A stretch of 63,525 bases of DNA, filler included, from Globobulimina sp. (GCA_003354225.1; 51 parts of 51 records of this genome joined end to end with filler, not necessarily neighbours in it), one strand, 5' to 3'; counted from the first letter of the whole stretch, positions 47,126 through 59,349 are shown. A program made the numbers and translations. The notes: generated by a model not told the origin, from the letters alone.

Positions 47126-48381
47126 TTATTATGATACATATAAATTGATCTCAGAATATTTTGATATAATAATACAACATTTCAGAGCCTGTTTAAACAA
47201 CAAACTCCTTTGTTCATGAGAAGCAGTATAACTTGCTACCCACTTACAGAAAAACTTGAGACAAATATCAGATAACCTTTTCTTTTCAGACTTCTAAAGA
47301 CACAAGCAACTGTANNNNNNNNNNNNNNNNNNNNNNNNNNNNNNNNNNNNNNNNNNNNTTAATTAATTAANNNNNNNNNNNNNNNNNNNNNNNNNNNNNN
47401 NNNNNNNNNNNNNNTCGTCGATATCGTCACTTATCACTGCAACTAACAGATCCAGCCATCGCTTCCATATTTCTCTTAGTTTTGGGTGTTGCGGCATCAG
47501 TTTATAGGCAACATCGCTTTTTTCTTCATCCGTTAATTTGATCGCAACGGAATGTCGCGCGGAGAGGTATCGATTTACTAATTACTATTTTTTAGCAGCT
47601 ATAAAATTAGTGCATTTAAATGGTTTGGATTATAGAATATAATGTAAGTAAATTAATGATTATAGAATTAGGTTTGGATTATATGTAAATTAATGAATGA
47701 AACAAACCATTCGAGCAATAAGCAAATCATAACGAGCGGCACATGAATTCTTCTTTCTTTCTCCAATTAACTATAATTATATTTCTGTATATTTTAAAAA
47801 TTGAAAAATTAATGTCATTTAGTTTGTTTTTATAGACATACACTGGAATAAATCAGTTATAATTAGCTGATTGTGCGCATTCCGCTGCTGTTTATTTTAT
47901 AATTCAAAAAGTTAATAAAAATTTCGTTTTGTTTTGCAACACACGCTGAAATATACCAAATAGCATCAAATGTCCCACAAAAAGTGCCCTTTTAAAAACT
48001 ATATCCACAACATAGGCAGCGAGTGCTTGGCCGTAAATAATGCTGTACCTATTTTAGGGGTTGAACAACAACGATGCTTCATGTATAGCGGGCACTTTTT
48101 GCGTTTATTTTACACATTTTATAACCAATATCCATTCCATGGCGACTGAAATTAAACATTTGAGAAGAGGTGAAAAGTTTTTGTTTTGTAAAGAACTGTA
48201 TTATTACAACCCGTCCATCCATGGGAAGGCAGAGCATGGAGTATTTATAATGGATGGCGTCTCATAATCAAAATAGCCAATAACATGTCGTATGGAATGA
48301 GATGGAGAACGGGTACCAATTGTAATTATTATTAAATATTAATATTATCAAATCGACAATTTTACATGTTTATTGTGTCGA

Positions 48382-48561
48382 TTATGGTGGAACAAAATGG
48401 GGAATTCGGAATATAATTGCATGGTTCAAAGATTGATATTTTTCTTCATTTGGAAAGGAAACAATTTTTGATAAAATTTTCCTGAATAAATTGATCGCTT
48501 TCTCTCGTTTAACGCTTCCAATTCGAAATAATTCATCCAAATGTTCTTCTGTTTGGATATC
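48382..48561 (-). CDS. PUB-domain-like fragment
   Basis: My translation EKAINLFRKILSKIVSFPNEEKYQSLN resembles the PUB N-terminal motif; truncated. Confidence 0.4.
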   Translation of the reverse strand, partial: DIQTEEHLDELFRIGSVKREKAINLFRKILSKIVSFPNEEKYQSLNHAIIFRIPHFVPP

Positions 48562-48727
48562 NNNNNNNNNNNNNNNNNNNNNNNNNNNNNNNNNNNNNNN
48601 NNNNNTTAATTAATTAANNNNNNNNNNNNNNNNNNNNNNNNNNNNNNNNNNNNNNNNNNNNGCCGTGGACTGCATCCATTGGAGAATGGGTCGAAGCACA
48701 GGAATATAATGTAATTGTTCAAGGTTA

Positions 48728-49048
48728 TTGTATATTGAATGCATGCCACATCAAATAAATGCTGTCAATGATAAACACATTGAATGGATTGCTCAAAAAT
48801 ATGGTAAAACTAATGCACAATTGTTACTACGTTGGGCTTTGCAGTCAAATATTGCTGTCTTGACAAGGAGTTCAAGAGACGACCGACAAATTGAGCATTT
48901 AGATGTGTTTGATTTTGAGATTGCGGAGAATGATATGCAGCTATTAAATGGATTAAATACATTGTTTAATCCATTTAATTCAGAATCAATGCATGATGTG
49001 TATGGACAAGTTAGTAAGAGACCAAACTTAAACCATCCGGAATTATAA
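48728..49048 (+). CDS. Aldo-keto reductase, last exon
   Basis: IAQKYGKTNAQLLLRWALQ, TRSS...R..E.LDVFDFE; ends HPEL (ER-retention-like). Confidence 0.85.
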   Translation: MYIECMPHQINAVNDKHIEWIAQKYGKTNAQLLLRWALQSNIAVLTRSSRDDRQIEHLDVFDFEIAENDMQLLNGLNTLFNPFNSESMHDVYGQVSKRPNLNHPEL

Positions 49049-49178
49049 AATTAATTCTTAAAATATTAAAACAATTCAATTCGTAAAACATATACTCTTT
49101 GATTGATCACATACTATTTTAACGTTTTTAGCTCTTTTACATGATTAGAACCAACAAAAAAGGTTACCAAAGTTTTTC

Positions 49179-49808
49179 ATGATGTTTGCTGTTGTCTTGT
49201 TTCATGCAATAAACCTATTAATTGTAGGTTCTGTATCCAACATATCATGTTCAACTAACCATGCATGTATTATAGATTGTGGAAAAGTGGATTGTCAACA
49301 TTCAACAATCAACGCAACATTAAGTACATCATTAACAGTAACATGTGGTAATTGTGCATTTGCTGTAATAATATGTCCATCGTTGGATTCAAATACAAAC
49401 TGTACAATTAATATTGAAGCGGGAGGAACAGAATTCAATGCATCATATTTATCAATATTTGGTGGATCAAACAATAATAAAATGGAAGTAAATGTAAATC
49501 ATGAAAGTGCATTCCATCATTCATCTATTTTATGTGGAGATAATTCATCATGTTTTTTAAATTGCATTGGTGGACTTGAAACATGTTTAAATATTGAGAT
49601 TAATACAACATATAATGCATCAATGAATATTGTGTGCAAAGGAATAAATTCCTGTCATGGAATAAACTCAATACAAAGCATTGCCGATGACAACTCATTA
49701 AATATGCAATGTATTGGATATTCAAGATGTAACTGGCATATATTTAATATTTCCGGCGACATCTTAATAAATTCTACTGCAGATTCATATTACAATGCAT
49801 ATCATTTA
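49179..49808 (+). CDS. Secreted Cys-rich repeat protein (3'-partial)
   Basis: Signal peptide; repeating C-x-I-x-C-x-G-x-x-C units. Confidence 0.7.
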
Positions 49809-49908
49809 NNNNNNNNNNNNNNNNNNNNNNNNNNNNNNNNNNNNNNNNNNNNTTAATTAATTAANNNNNNNNNNNNNNNNNNNNNNNNNNNNNNNNNNNN
49901 NNNNNNNN

Positions 49909-51055
49909 TCTCAAACTCGCCAACAAACTCAAATCTCCGCCACTTTCACTTTTAATCAATTCCTTTTCATAAAACTTTGCTTCTGGCGACTTATTTTTAT
50001 TGTACTTATTTTCCATTTTCTTAAATACCTCTTTGTACACTGCATGCAACTTATCCTCAAACTCAATAATATCCACCACATTGTTGTGATCCTTATCGAA
50101 ATCCTCAAACACTGGAAACGAGAAAGACAGCGCTTCGTGCACTGCATCATTCGATTCATGATCCAAATTCGATGTCAATTCCTTAAACTCCCTCTCCGTC
50201 AGTCCAGCTTTCCCATCTTTTAACTGTTTCTGGTAAAAGAGCCTTATAATTCTGCTCCGATCCTGCAATGCGCGCAATTTTATCCCTTGCAAATACAGCT
50301 GTTGGTACACCATCTGTATCCAATGCGTAATCTTTTTAATTTCTATATTATTATATTCCTCCTCGTACTGCGCCAAAGTTACGCCCAATTTATGCAATCT
50401 ATGCAAAGTTTTGCTCAGTTCATATTTCACATCGCTTTGGCCCGAAATAAATATATCATTCTGCACCAAAAAGGCATTGCCGTCATCTCTCATAAATTGG
50501 CCAACATCTTTACATTCCGAATGGTCGCTGTCTAAGCCATAATAGATACGGACTAATCGCTCCGTTTTCTCTTTGCTTACACCAACTAAATACGTGCAAT
50601 AACAGCCTATAATGCTCAGAAACGCTGTGAATATTAAAAATAGTATCATTATCACTGCCGCATCGGCCACCAATGTGTAGTCAAATAGACGCAATTCAAA
50701 ATCCAATATATATAATATCATCACTGTGAGAGCCATCAATGCGTACGATCCATACACTGATATTAATACACATTGGAGAGCTTTAATGAAGGCTGGCGTT
50801 ATAAATGAATGTGGATGAAGCTGTTTGATATAATCTTTGGAGGCTATCTCTGGCGAAGCTAATAATTTTCTGGCTCGTCGCCCAAATTCACGTCGTTTCT
50901 CGCGACGACTTGGTTGTCTTTTTTTGGATCGTTCCGAGTGTGCGGGTCCAGTTAATATTGGCTTTTCTTGCATTTCTTGCCTTGATGGTGGAGCCCTGAT
51001 ACTAGAGAAAAAAGCAGAATGTTCTTCTTCCTCTTTCTCCTCTTTGTCGTCATCT
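49909..51055 (-). CDS. Membrane protein with EF-hand (internal fragment)
   Basis: Two TM helices; DKDHNNVVDIIEF canonical EF loop. Confidence 0.7.
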
Positions 51056-51155
51056 NNNNNNNNNNNNNNNNNNNNNNNNNNNNNNNNNNNNNNNNNNNNT
51101 TAATTAATTAANNNNNNNNNNNNNNNNNNNNNNNNNNNNNNNNNNNNNNNNNNNN

Positions 51156-51453
51156 TTAAGAAATAGTTAAATTGAGTGTTATGAATGAATATTGATTCAC
51201 TTGAAAGTGGTTCACTCTTTAAACCTGTTGCGGTGTTAACAAGTTCAAGTTCTTTTTTTGTCAATGTCCACGTTATACCATCTTGATAATAAAATATTAT
51301 TAGTTTAATAACTTCAATTGGAACAAATCGTTGCTTGTTTTCATAGTGTAGTCGAACATAGCCGTAAATTAAGTCATCTTTAAAATTGGATGTTATGCCT
51401 TTGTTTGTAATTTGAGAAAAACGCGTAATTTCACTTTTACACTCACTTGCCAT
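51156..51453 (-). CDS. Hypothetical protein N-terminus
   Basis: DLIYGYVR...VPIEVIKLIIFYY helical motif; no firm family. Confidence 0.5.
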
Positions 51454-51671
51454 TATATGATCATTATATAAAAAAATGACTCTGCTCGACTTTGAAAAAC
51501 ATCTTCTCAAAAACTAAAAATAAATTAAATTTGATATAAATAATTTGTTATTAGCTGCAATAAAACAAACTGCTTTAATTGTTCCGCTAATCCCAATTAA
51601 AATAATCGTACACAAAATGAAAGAGATAGAAAAAGAACTAATAAACAAACCATTTACTTTTGATATATCTG

Positions 51672-52302
51672 TCAAAGCCACGATTTAGGGGTTATCTTCT
51701 TTGGTAATCTTATATTTCCTTTATCCGTTTCTTCCATTCTTGCCTCCAAACTATTATCATTATCCTCATCCAACTCAATATGCTGAATAGTGCCAGAATT
51801 AATATCTCGTATTAAACTCAAACTTGACTGCTCCAGATTTAATCCCTTCATCGTAACCATTTTCTCATTCATTCCAATGGTATTCTGCTCCGACTTTATA
51901 GTCAATGTCGAAGCTTCAGAAATGGAGTGTTCTTTCCCTTCATTAAACACATTAATATTGGCATTCTTATTTATTTTATCAGCGATTCCAGAGTACACAA
52001 TGGGATTTAAACCATGATCAAAACTCAGATTATAAGTGTTACTGTCAACAGTTTTAATTCCCGTTTCCGTTTCCGTCCCGGTTTCGTTTCTGTTCATAGT
52101 TTCAACATTCTCCATTTTCTCTTCTTTTATTTTGTATTTTTTCATAGCTTTCTTTTTTTCAATAACAGCACTGTCGATGGAGTGTCTTGTCAATGGTTCA
52201 AATGTTATGTTATTATAATCAGAATCTAATATAATTTTCGTTTTTGGCATCGCTTTGATAACAACGTTTTTTCCATCTTGAGCTACTTTATTATTTCTAC
52301 TG
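51672..52302 (-). CDS. Hypothetical protein C-terminus
   Basis: Open frame of >190 codons. Confidence 0.5.
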
Positions 52303-52634
52303 NNNNNNNNNNNNNNNNNNNNNNNNNNNNNNNNNNNNNNNNNNNNTTAATTAATTAANNNNNNNNNNNNNNNNNNNNNNNNNNNNNNNNNNNNNNNNNN
52401 NNATTTGGAATTTGGAATTCCGAACGTTAATGGAAAGCTAACAACTGCCGCATCCTTGATACACAGAGTGCCAACTGTATTAAATGAGTTACATGCTGGG
52501 TTCCATAACGTTGGCCGATTAAATGCGAATAAATATTGGAAATTTGGAATTACTACATCCAATCGCAAGATAATTAACTAAACATAATCTAATTAACAAC
52601 TTTTTCTATTTTCCATTAAAAACCTGGTCTCAGA

Positions 52635-53549
52635 ATGGCTCACAGAATGGTGGTAGATGAAGGAACCAACACCAATAATGTCGATGAAAAAGAGTTAACA
52701 GACAAACAATATCTCATCACACATTTGACGGAACATAAATTGCCAATTAACAAATTTATATCATTTGGCATAGATATCAATGATTTAATCAATTTTGATG
52801 ATAACCACTTTAAGTTTAGAGTATATTAAAGTGATCAGATATAAATACACAAACTAAACAAGTACAGAGGTTTATGCTATGATATGAAATTAAATAGTTT
52901 AGAATCACTTCGTTTTGCTAAATTAATTCAAGAATTAAATCAGAAAAGAAACAATAAATATGATGATCCCCATAGTCAGCTGGTTCAACAAATTCAAAAT
53001 GATGCAGAATATGCACAGCTAAAAATTGATACATCATTCAACGCATTGGTCGAAAAATTAAACCAAAGACGAAAATATTTAAAAGAAACATTGAACCAAA
53101 TAACCCAACTAAAAATTGACGACATTTCCTCAAACAAAGTGTCGCAGCAAAACATGTTGTACAAAACCAATTGCATTGAATTTATTTTCTCAGATTTCTC
53201 TGATGTTCAACAAATGCTTTCTTCTATTGGCAAAATTGAAGATAAATCCTCAAAACCACCATTATTTTCATTACGCATTCCTGATAATAATGGATGTTGT
53301 ATTCAAGTTATAATTAACATTGACGAACAAAAACAAGATGAAAAGCTTAAATATGATATGAAATATAAAGAAGAAGAGCAGAAGGAATGGAGCACAACAA
53401 ATTCGTTGAAAATTGAGAATGAAAATATTAAGCCCTTAACAAAATATTTAGTCTCTCTCAGACATTCTGTTGGCAGTAATTACAATGCTTCGCAATCAGA
53501 ATGGTCGGAAATGCAATCGATTCAGACACGATTTGATTGTGTATGGCAT
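52635..53549 (+). CDS. SAM-like, coiled-coil and FN3-like domain protein, intron 52814-52867 (3'-partial)
   Basis: Intron removal joins the two ORFs in frame; IKPLTKY.VSLR...SEWS FN3-type ending. Confidence 0.65.
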
Positions 53550-53705
53550 NNNNNNNNNNNNNNNNNNNNNNNNNNNNNNNNNNNNNNNNNNNNTTAATTA
53601 ATTAANNNNNNNNNNNNNNNNNNNNNNNNNNNNNNNNNNNNNNNNNNNNTAAATTTCAAATAAATTATTAGCCATCGAAAATTGAATAAGTGGAGCAATA
53701 AATGG

Positions 53706-53734
53706 TTGACGTTGTCCCTACAATGTCATACATT
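53706..53734 (+). promoter_or_regulatory. Sigma70-type promoter with overlapping palindromic operator
   Basis: TTGACG-17 bp-TACATT; imperfect inverted repeat GACGTTGT-ccct-ACAATGTC (53708-53727). Confidence 0.65.
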
Positions 53735-53740
53735 ATAACT

Positions 53741-54022
53741 ATGAAAATATTTAAATGGAATGCGGAAAAAAATGAGACCCTTGCCAGAGAAAGAGGAATT
53801 ACATTCGAAGAAATAGTCCAAAGAATTGAATTGGGAGCAAAAGTTATTGAAACGGATCACCCCAATAAAAAAAAGTATCCAAATCAAAAAATACTGATCG
53901 TTGATGTGGATGGCTATGCTTATTTGGTTCCATTTGTCATAGATAAAAATGAATATTTTCTAAAAACGATTATTCCCAGTAGGAAGGCAACCAAAAAATA
54001 TCTTGGAGGAAAAAATGGCTAA
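53741..54022 (+). CDS. BrnT-like (RelE-fold) toxin
   Basis: FKWNAEKN..L..ERGITFEE, HPN..KYPNQ, FLKTIIPSRKATK. Confidence 0.85.
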   Translation: MKIFKWNAEKNETLARERGITFEEIVQRIELGAKVIETDHPNKKKYPNQKILIVDVDGYAYLVPFVIDKNEYFLKTIIPSRKATKKYLGGKNG

Positions 54023-54293
54023 AAAACAAAAAAAAATAGTCCTTGATGATTATGAAAAGGAAATCTTAGAGGCATATGAAAATGGGATGCTAAAACCTTC
54101 AAAATCGCAAACTGATTACAAAACAATAGCCCATAATACTATGAAAAAGAACCGCAAGATCAATATAAGAATTTCGGAAAATGATCTTTCTGCTCTACAG
54201 CGGAGAGCCGCACGGGAAGGCATACCTTATCAAACACTAATTGGAAGTGTGCTTCACAAATATGCCAGTGGTTTTTTAAAAGAAGCAAGTTGA
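54015..54293 (+). CDS. Cognate antitoxin, BrnA/CopG-like ribbon-helix-helix
   Basis: SD GGAGG at 54005-54009; overlaps toxin stop; INIRIS..DL...AAREGIPYQTLI.SVLH. Confidence 0.85.
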   Translation: MAKKQKKIVLDDYEKEILEAYENGMLKPSKSQTDYKTIAHNTMKKNRKINIRISENDLSALQRRAAREGIPYQTLIGSVLHKYASGFLKEAS

Positions 54294-54475
54294 ATGCGTA
54301 TTTAAAAATGCTTGCCGAAGATCAGGGAATCCCATTTCTTGATATTTTTGACAGGCTGATGAATGATGACGGGGCGGTAAAACTTGAATATTTTTGCAGG
54401 GATGATATTCATCTGTCTCAAAAAGCGATGCCGTTTGTTATGGAAGTACTGAGGACTGATGGAATTGAAGATTGA
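54290..54475 (+). pseudogene. SGNH/GDSL hydrolase C-terminal remnant
   Basis: N..LK......IPFLD and DDIHLS (DxxH block); N-terminal blocks absent. Confidence 0.6.
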
Positions 54476-54550
54476 AGATTGAAGATTCAGAAATATTCAC
54501 CCGTACATGTATTTTCAACAACTTACATCTTAATAACGAAATTTTGGGAT

Positions 54551-54653
54551 GATACCAGATGCGGGTTGCGCGATACAGGATGCGTGAAAAAAAACAGCTA
54601 AAATTGACAAATTCCTTTTAAATACCCGCATCTTGCATCTCGTATCCCGTATC
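54551..54653. repeat. Inverted arrays of GATRCRR-like heptamers
   Basis: Five heptamers at 54551-54585 and four reverse-complement heptamers at 54626-54653. Confidence 0.75.
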
Positions 54654-54914
54654 TCAACCATGAATCAAATATTCCTTGAATTTACATAATTAGTACCACA
54701 TTAAATTCGTAGGGATCAGGTGTTCTGAAGTTTCGCTCCGCTCAATCATTATATTTTCACAGGTATGGTTTGATTGCATCATAAAACAATTCGGCCNNNN
54801 NNNNNNNNNNNNNNNNNNNNNNNNNNNNNNNNNNNNNNNNTTAATTAATTAANNNNNNNNNNNNNNNNNNNNNNNNNNNNNNNNNNNNNNNNNNNNAAAA
54901 AAGTTTTGGCAAAG

Positions 54915-56043
54915 ATGATGTGGTCTGTTTTGCGTTTTCTTTGTGTGTGTTTAACAGCCCTCGTATCTGCCACATTCATTGGTTATCAATCATTATTACC
55001 TATATTGGAAGACGAAAAGCTGTTTGCTTCATTGTGTCAAAGTGATGAATCATTGCCATGCATTAAACAATTATTGCAATTGGACTCAATGTACCAACTA
55101 TCAGTCAGTGCGTCATATATTTCATATTTATTTTTCAGTTTTATTTGTTTAAAATATGGTCCACGAATATCCATATTAACAGGAGGTTTATTACAGACCA
55201 TAGCTTGCATTATATTTAGTTTTGGCTATGACTGGCATTGTTATTTTAGTTTCATTGCAATTGGAATAGGATCTGCTGGCATTATATTAGGTATTATTGG
55301 CATTCCCAGTCAATATTCTCCAGCATATCAAGGCATTTTATACAGTTTAATCATTGCATGCATCGATGCCTCATCTGGCATCACATATATTTTCTTATTA
55401 CTTCACAACAAATTCGATATTTCATTGCAAACATTATATATGTCACTGTCAATATGCATTCTCATCACATGCTTAGTATCATTTTTCTTTGTATTCTCCA
55501 AATATTTTATACGAAATACAACGCGCTACGACACCATGGACGTGAACCGTGTGATGGAAGGGTTTGATAATATTAATTATAACACCAATGACAGCAATGA
55601 TAAAAATGATAATTATACCGGTGATACAGAAGGATATGCGTCGATATCGAGTGAGCAGATGGTTGGCTTTACCGGAATTCATTTTAGCTCCGCATGGACG
55701 GATACATTTTGTTCCGCGCAGTTTGGTGCGATTTTAATTTGGTCACTGTTTTATATGACCGCCGTTTGTTTTTATATTACGACATTGGAGCAACAGTTAA
55801 AATGGATAACCAATGATGAGGATGAGGTATTATTTGGGGAGCAATTGTTTAGTATTATGTTGCTATCGAATGGAATATGCGTAATAATTACTGGACCAAT
55901 TATTGATTTATTTGGACAAAAATTTGCATTGATTATGATGGCAATGATATCATTTATTACATGTATTTCAAGTAATATTCGTATTTATGATTTACAATTA
56001 TCAATCACTATGATTGCATTTGTATTGAATAGCTTTTTTTATT
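54915..56043 (+). CDS. MFS transporter, SLC43/Fmp42-like (3'-partial)
   Basis: GYQSL.PIL..E..F..LC, KYGPR, DASS, GPIIDLFG motifs. Confidence 0.75.
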
Positions 56044-56143
56044 NNNNNNNNNNNNNNNNNNNNNNNNNNNNNNNNNNNNNNNNNNNNTTAATTAATTAAN
56101 NNNNNNNNNNNNNNNNNNNNNNNNNNNNNNNNNNNNNNNNNNN

Positions 56144-57123
56144 GGATCAATCTCATTCATTTTGCCTTTTCTTTTTCTTTTTTTGATGGCGTCCTCTTCC
56201 TCCGATCGATCATTCTCATGCCGATCATTCCTATCCTTATTATAATGATGCTTTATATATTTTCTTTTTTTATGTTTTCGCTTCTTGTGATTATGTTTTT
56301 TATGACTATGAGAATGAGAATGAGAATGCATATTGATATGCTGATGGTGATTTTTATGCGGCCGGCATTTCTCTGAGGTGATGGTGGTTGTGGTGGTGTG
56401 CGTGCCAGAAACATTGGTATGAGTCCGTGTCGTGGTGGTGGTGGTGGTGGTGGTCGTCGTCGTAACCGAGGCGTGCACCGATATCTGTTGCGGTGTCACA
56501 GACGACGACGACGACGGGATTGGCAGCGATTGCATACTCGGTATGGGTATGGGTATGGGTATGGTGTGCGGTATCGGTGGTATTTGCATCGAGTGAGGAA
56601 ATCTATACTGATAGTTATGATCATCAATTTTTGAGGTTAACATAGCTAATCGGTCAACAATATATTTATAAATTGTCCATTCAGAGACTAACCACGTTAT
56701 CGATCTATTTTTAAGCTCGTCATCATTATTATTATTATTATTATTCATTGGTAGTGGCGATATTTGCTGACAATATTCCTTTAAAATAGATTGGAATAAT
56801 CGCGGTAATAATCCCTGTGGAACAGCGCCGTGCCGGTCATTTCGTAATGATACACAACATCGAAATAGCCACTCAGTGTCAAATAATGTGGTCGGACAGA
56901 TTGATAATGACAAAATGGAGGGGTTTGCAATACATTGTATCCGAACGATGCTTAATAATTTTAATAAACATTCACGTAACAAATTGACACAGCCACTTTG
57001 CATTAAGGGGATATAACAACGAAATGGATTGAATTTATCATCATATAAAGATATGGCTAATTGGTACCATGTTTTAGCTTTTAAATGGCGACGAACTAAG
57101 TCGGCATACTGTGTCTGAGCCAT
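56144..57123 (-). CDS. Hypothetical protein with poly-T, H-rich and K-rich low-complexity tail (partial)
   Basis: Long ORF; the upstream part of the ORF call is probably intronic. Confidence 0.55.
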
Positions 57124-57401
57124 ACAAGCTGTTTTCCAGACCTTTTGATTAAGAAAAGAAAAGAAAGAAAAAATAAAATAAAATAAAATATAGGTACTAG
57201 TGCGCATATTCGCATACATAGTACATAGTACATACTACTTCAGCTAAAACCCAATTATTTAATATTCCACAAACAGACGATAATCGAACANNNNNNNNNN
57301 NNNNNNNNNNNNNNNNNNNNNNNNNNNNNNNNNNTTAATTAATTAANNNNNNNNNNNNNNNNNNNNNNNNNNNNNNNNNNNNNNNNNNNNTTTTAAAAAT
57401 G

Positions 57402-58415
57402 CTATCTTCTATATTGTAATAAAAATTGTTGTGCAAAAAATGGGTTTGTTTGAAATATTCTGAGTGGTGGCAATTGCAAACCATTTGGTGTTTCATCTGA
57501 ATATTCTTGACGCGGAAATTGTTTATTCTTATCATATAAAGCAATACCATCAAAGACTCTTTTTTTAATCTCTTCAAATGGAAGGACACGGTCTGCGTCA
57601 GCTGTGTTTGTTGCTTTGTTCATGATTTGTTTCAACGATCCGAATGTTGATAAATGCCATCCATCCGTTACAGTGCTTGTTTGTATTATCTTATCCAATG
57701 AGCGGTCTCTTCGAAATTCGCTTAATCGCATACTGTTATCTTGAAGTATTTTCCAATTAATTATCGACTTAACCAGCCAGTAATCACTGTCGACTGAGAG
57801 CCAATGCAATGAATATTTCCATAGCAACATCCTGGACTCTATTGGTGGAGCAATGGTGCCATTTCGAATTTGTTTAATCAGACCTTCTGATATAATTTCA
57901 TCAGCATCGCTAACCAAAAGAATGATGTTTTCCGGTTTATAGTGTTGATATTTAGCCTCATGCAATATACTAATCATTTGATCACGTTCCCATTCTTCGC
58001 ACGCATACGGTTTGGAACAATCGTATGGCGGGGTTTGTTCGTGTAATATCATCTTAGCTTCAAATTGTTGGAATAAAGCCAATGATTCATTTACATGCAA
58101 TGGTTTTGGATGTCCTCTGTGAGTTTTCTTTGATTCAAATATATGAAATTCATCAACGACATTCCAATGTTCTGTCATACGAATAAACAGTATTTCCAAT
58201 TCCATATTTATGAATATTAAATCCAGTACAATTTTTTGTTGATTTTGTAATGCCGGCTGATGCATCACGATTGATTTTGTAATGCCGGCTGATGTAGCCA
58301 CTACAGACCCGCTATTGTATAGAAACCAAACAAAGATAATACATGCGCCTATTATTGCACACGTTCGTGTGATACATGTACGTGTTATTTTTGCTGAATG
58401 GGGCATTATAAACAT
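57402..58415 (-). CDS. GT17 (MGAT3/GnT-III-like) glycosyltransferase
   Basis: ELEIL.IR..E...VVD.F.I.ES..T..G.PKP, E...RD, SDADEI, GWHLS. Confidence 0.88.
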   Translation of the reverse strand: MFIMPHSAKITRTCITRTCAIIGACIIFVWFLYNSGSVVATSAGITKSIVMHQPALQNQQKIVLDLIFINMELEILFIRMTEHWNVVDEFHIFESKKTHRGHPKPLHVNESLALFQQFEAKMILHEQTPPYDCSKPYACEEWERDQMISILHEAKYQHYKPENIILLVSDADEIISEGLIKQIRNGTIAPPIESRMLLWKYSLHWLSVDSDYWLVKSIINWKILQDNSMRLSEFRRDRSLDKIIQTSTVTDGWHLSTFGSLKQIMNKATNTADADRVLPFEEIKKRVFDGIALYDKNKQFPRQEYSDETPNGLQLPPLRIFQTNPFFAQQFLLQYRR

Positions 58416-58637
58416 TCGAATGTTCTTTTTACTTTAATGGAGTAAATAGCTCTGATTATGAGTATTCGTATCATAATTTCATTTCATATACATATAACAA
58501 ATCCATATATATACATATATTATATACTAACACCCCANNNNNNNNNNNNNNNNNNNNNNNNNNNNNNNNNNNNNNNNNNNNTTAATTAATTAANNNNNNN
58601 NNNNNNNNNNNNNNNNNNNNNNNNNNNNNNNNNNNNN

Positions 58638-59349
58638 TTTGAGTTAAAAACTCGCTTTGTATCCAACACCATTTTCGATGCTCATCCAAAGAGTGATCGA
58701 TTATCACTTTTAAATCACTCATATAAACATTGTTAATTTCCAATAAATGCGACTCAACTTCTTCTAAAATCTCTTTGTTGTGTTTATAATTTAATTTTGC
58801 CAGTTTTTTATCCAATTTTTCTTGGATCAAAGGGTGGCTCAATTGGAATCTGTTATTTTTGTAACCGATCCAATACGGAAATTTGTCATATTTGCCTTTC
58901 AATGCTAATTCTTCAGAATGTGAATGTATTGCATTTGTTATCTTATCCACGTAATTAATGGCAGATATTCGTTTGCTTTGGATCTTGGAAACGAATTTCA
59001 TGGCAATTTGTAAATATGGATGGAGTCGAATATCGATTAATTTATTGGGTTTATCTTCGTTTTTGATTAAAAAATCTTGGAATTTCTCGATGATAGCCGT
59101 GGTTTCGTCAATTTTTTCATGCAATTTTGAGTTTGGACTGAGAGGGATTGCAATTTGTTGACTATTTTGAGAATTCTGTTTGTTTTCAAATGAATTTTCA
59201 GCAAATTCGCGACGTGAACGTTTTAATTTTGTATTACGAATTCGATCGATTACATGTGTAATATCTGCTGATTTATCATTATTTTGATTTTTATTGTTGT
59301 TGTTATTGTTATTTTGATTGTTAATGTTATTGATTTTAATTTTGTACAT
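58638..59349 (-). CDS. Hypothetical protein with poly-N N-terminus (3'-partial)
   Basis: About 240-codon ORF; no family recognised. Confidence 0.55.
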
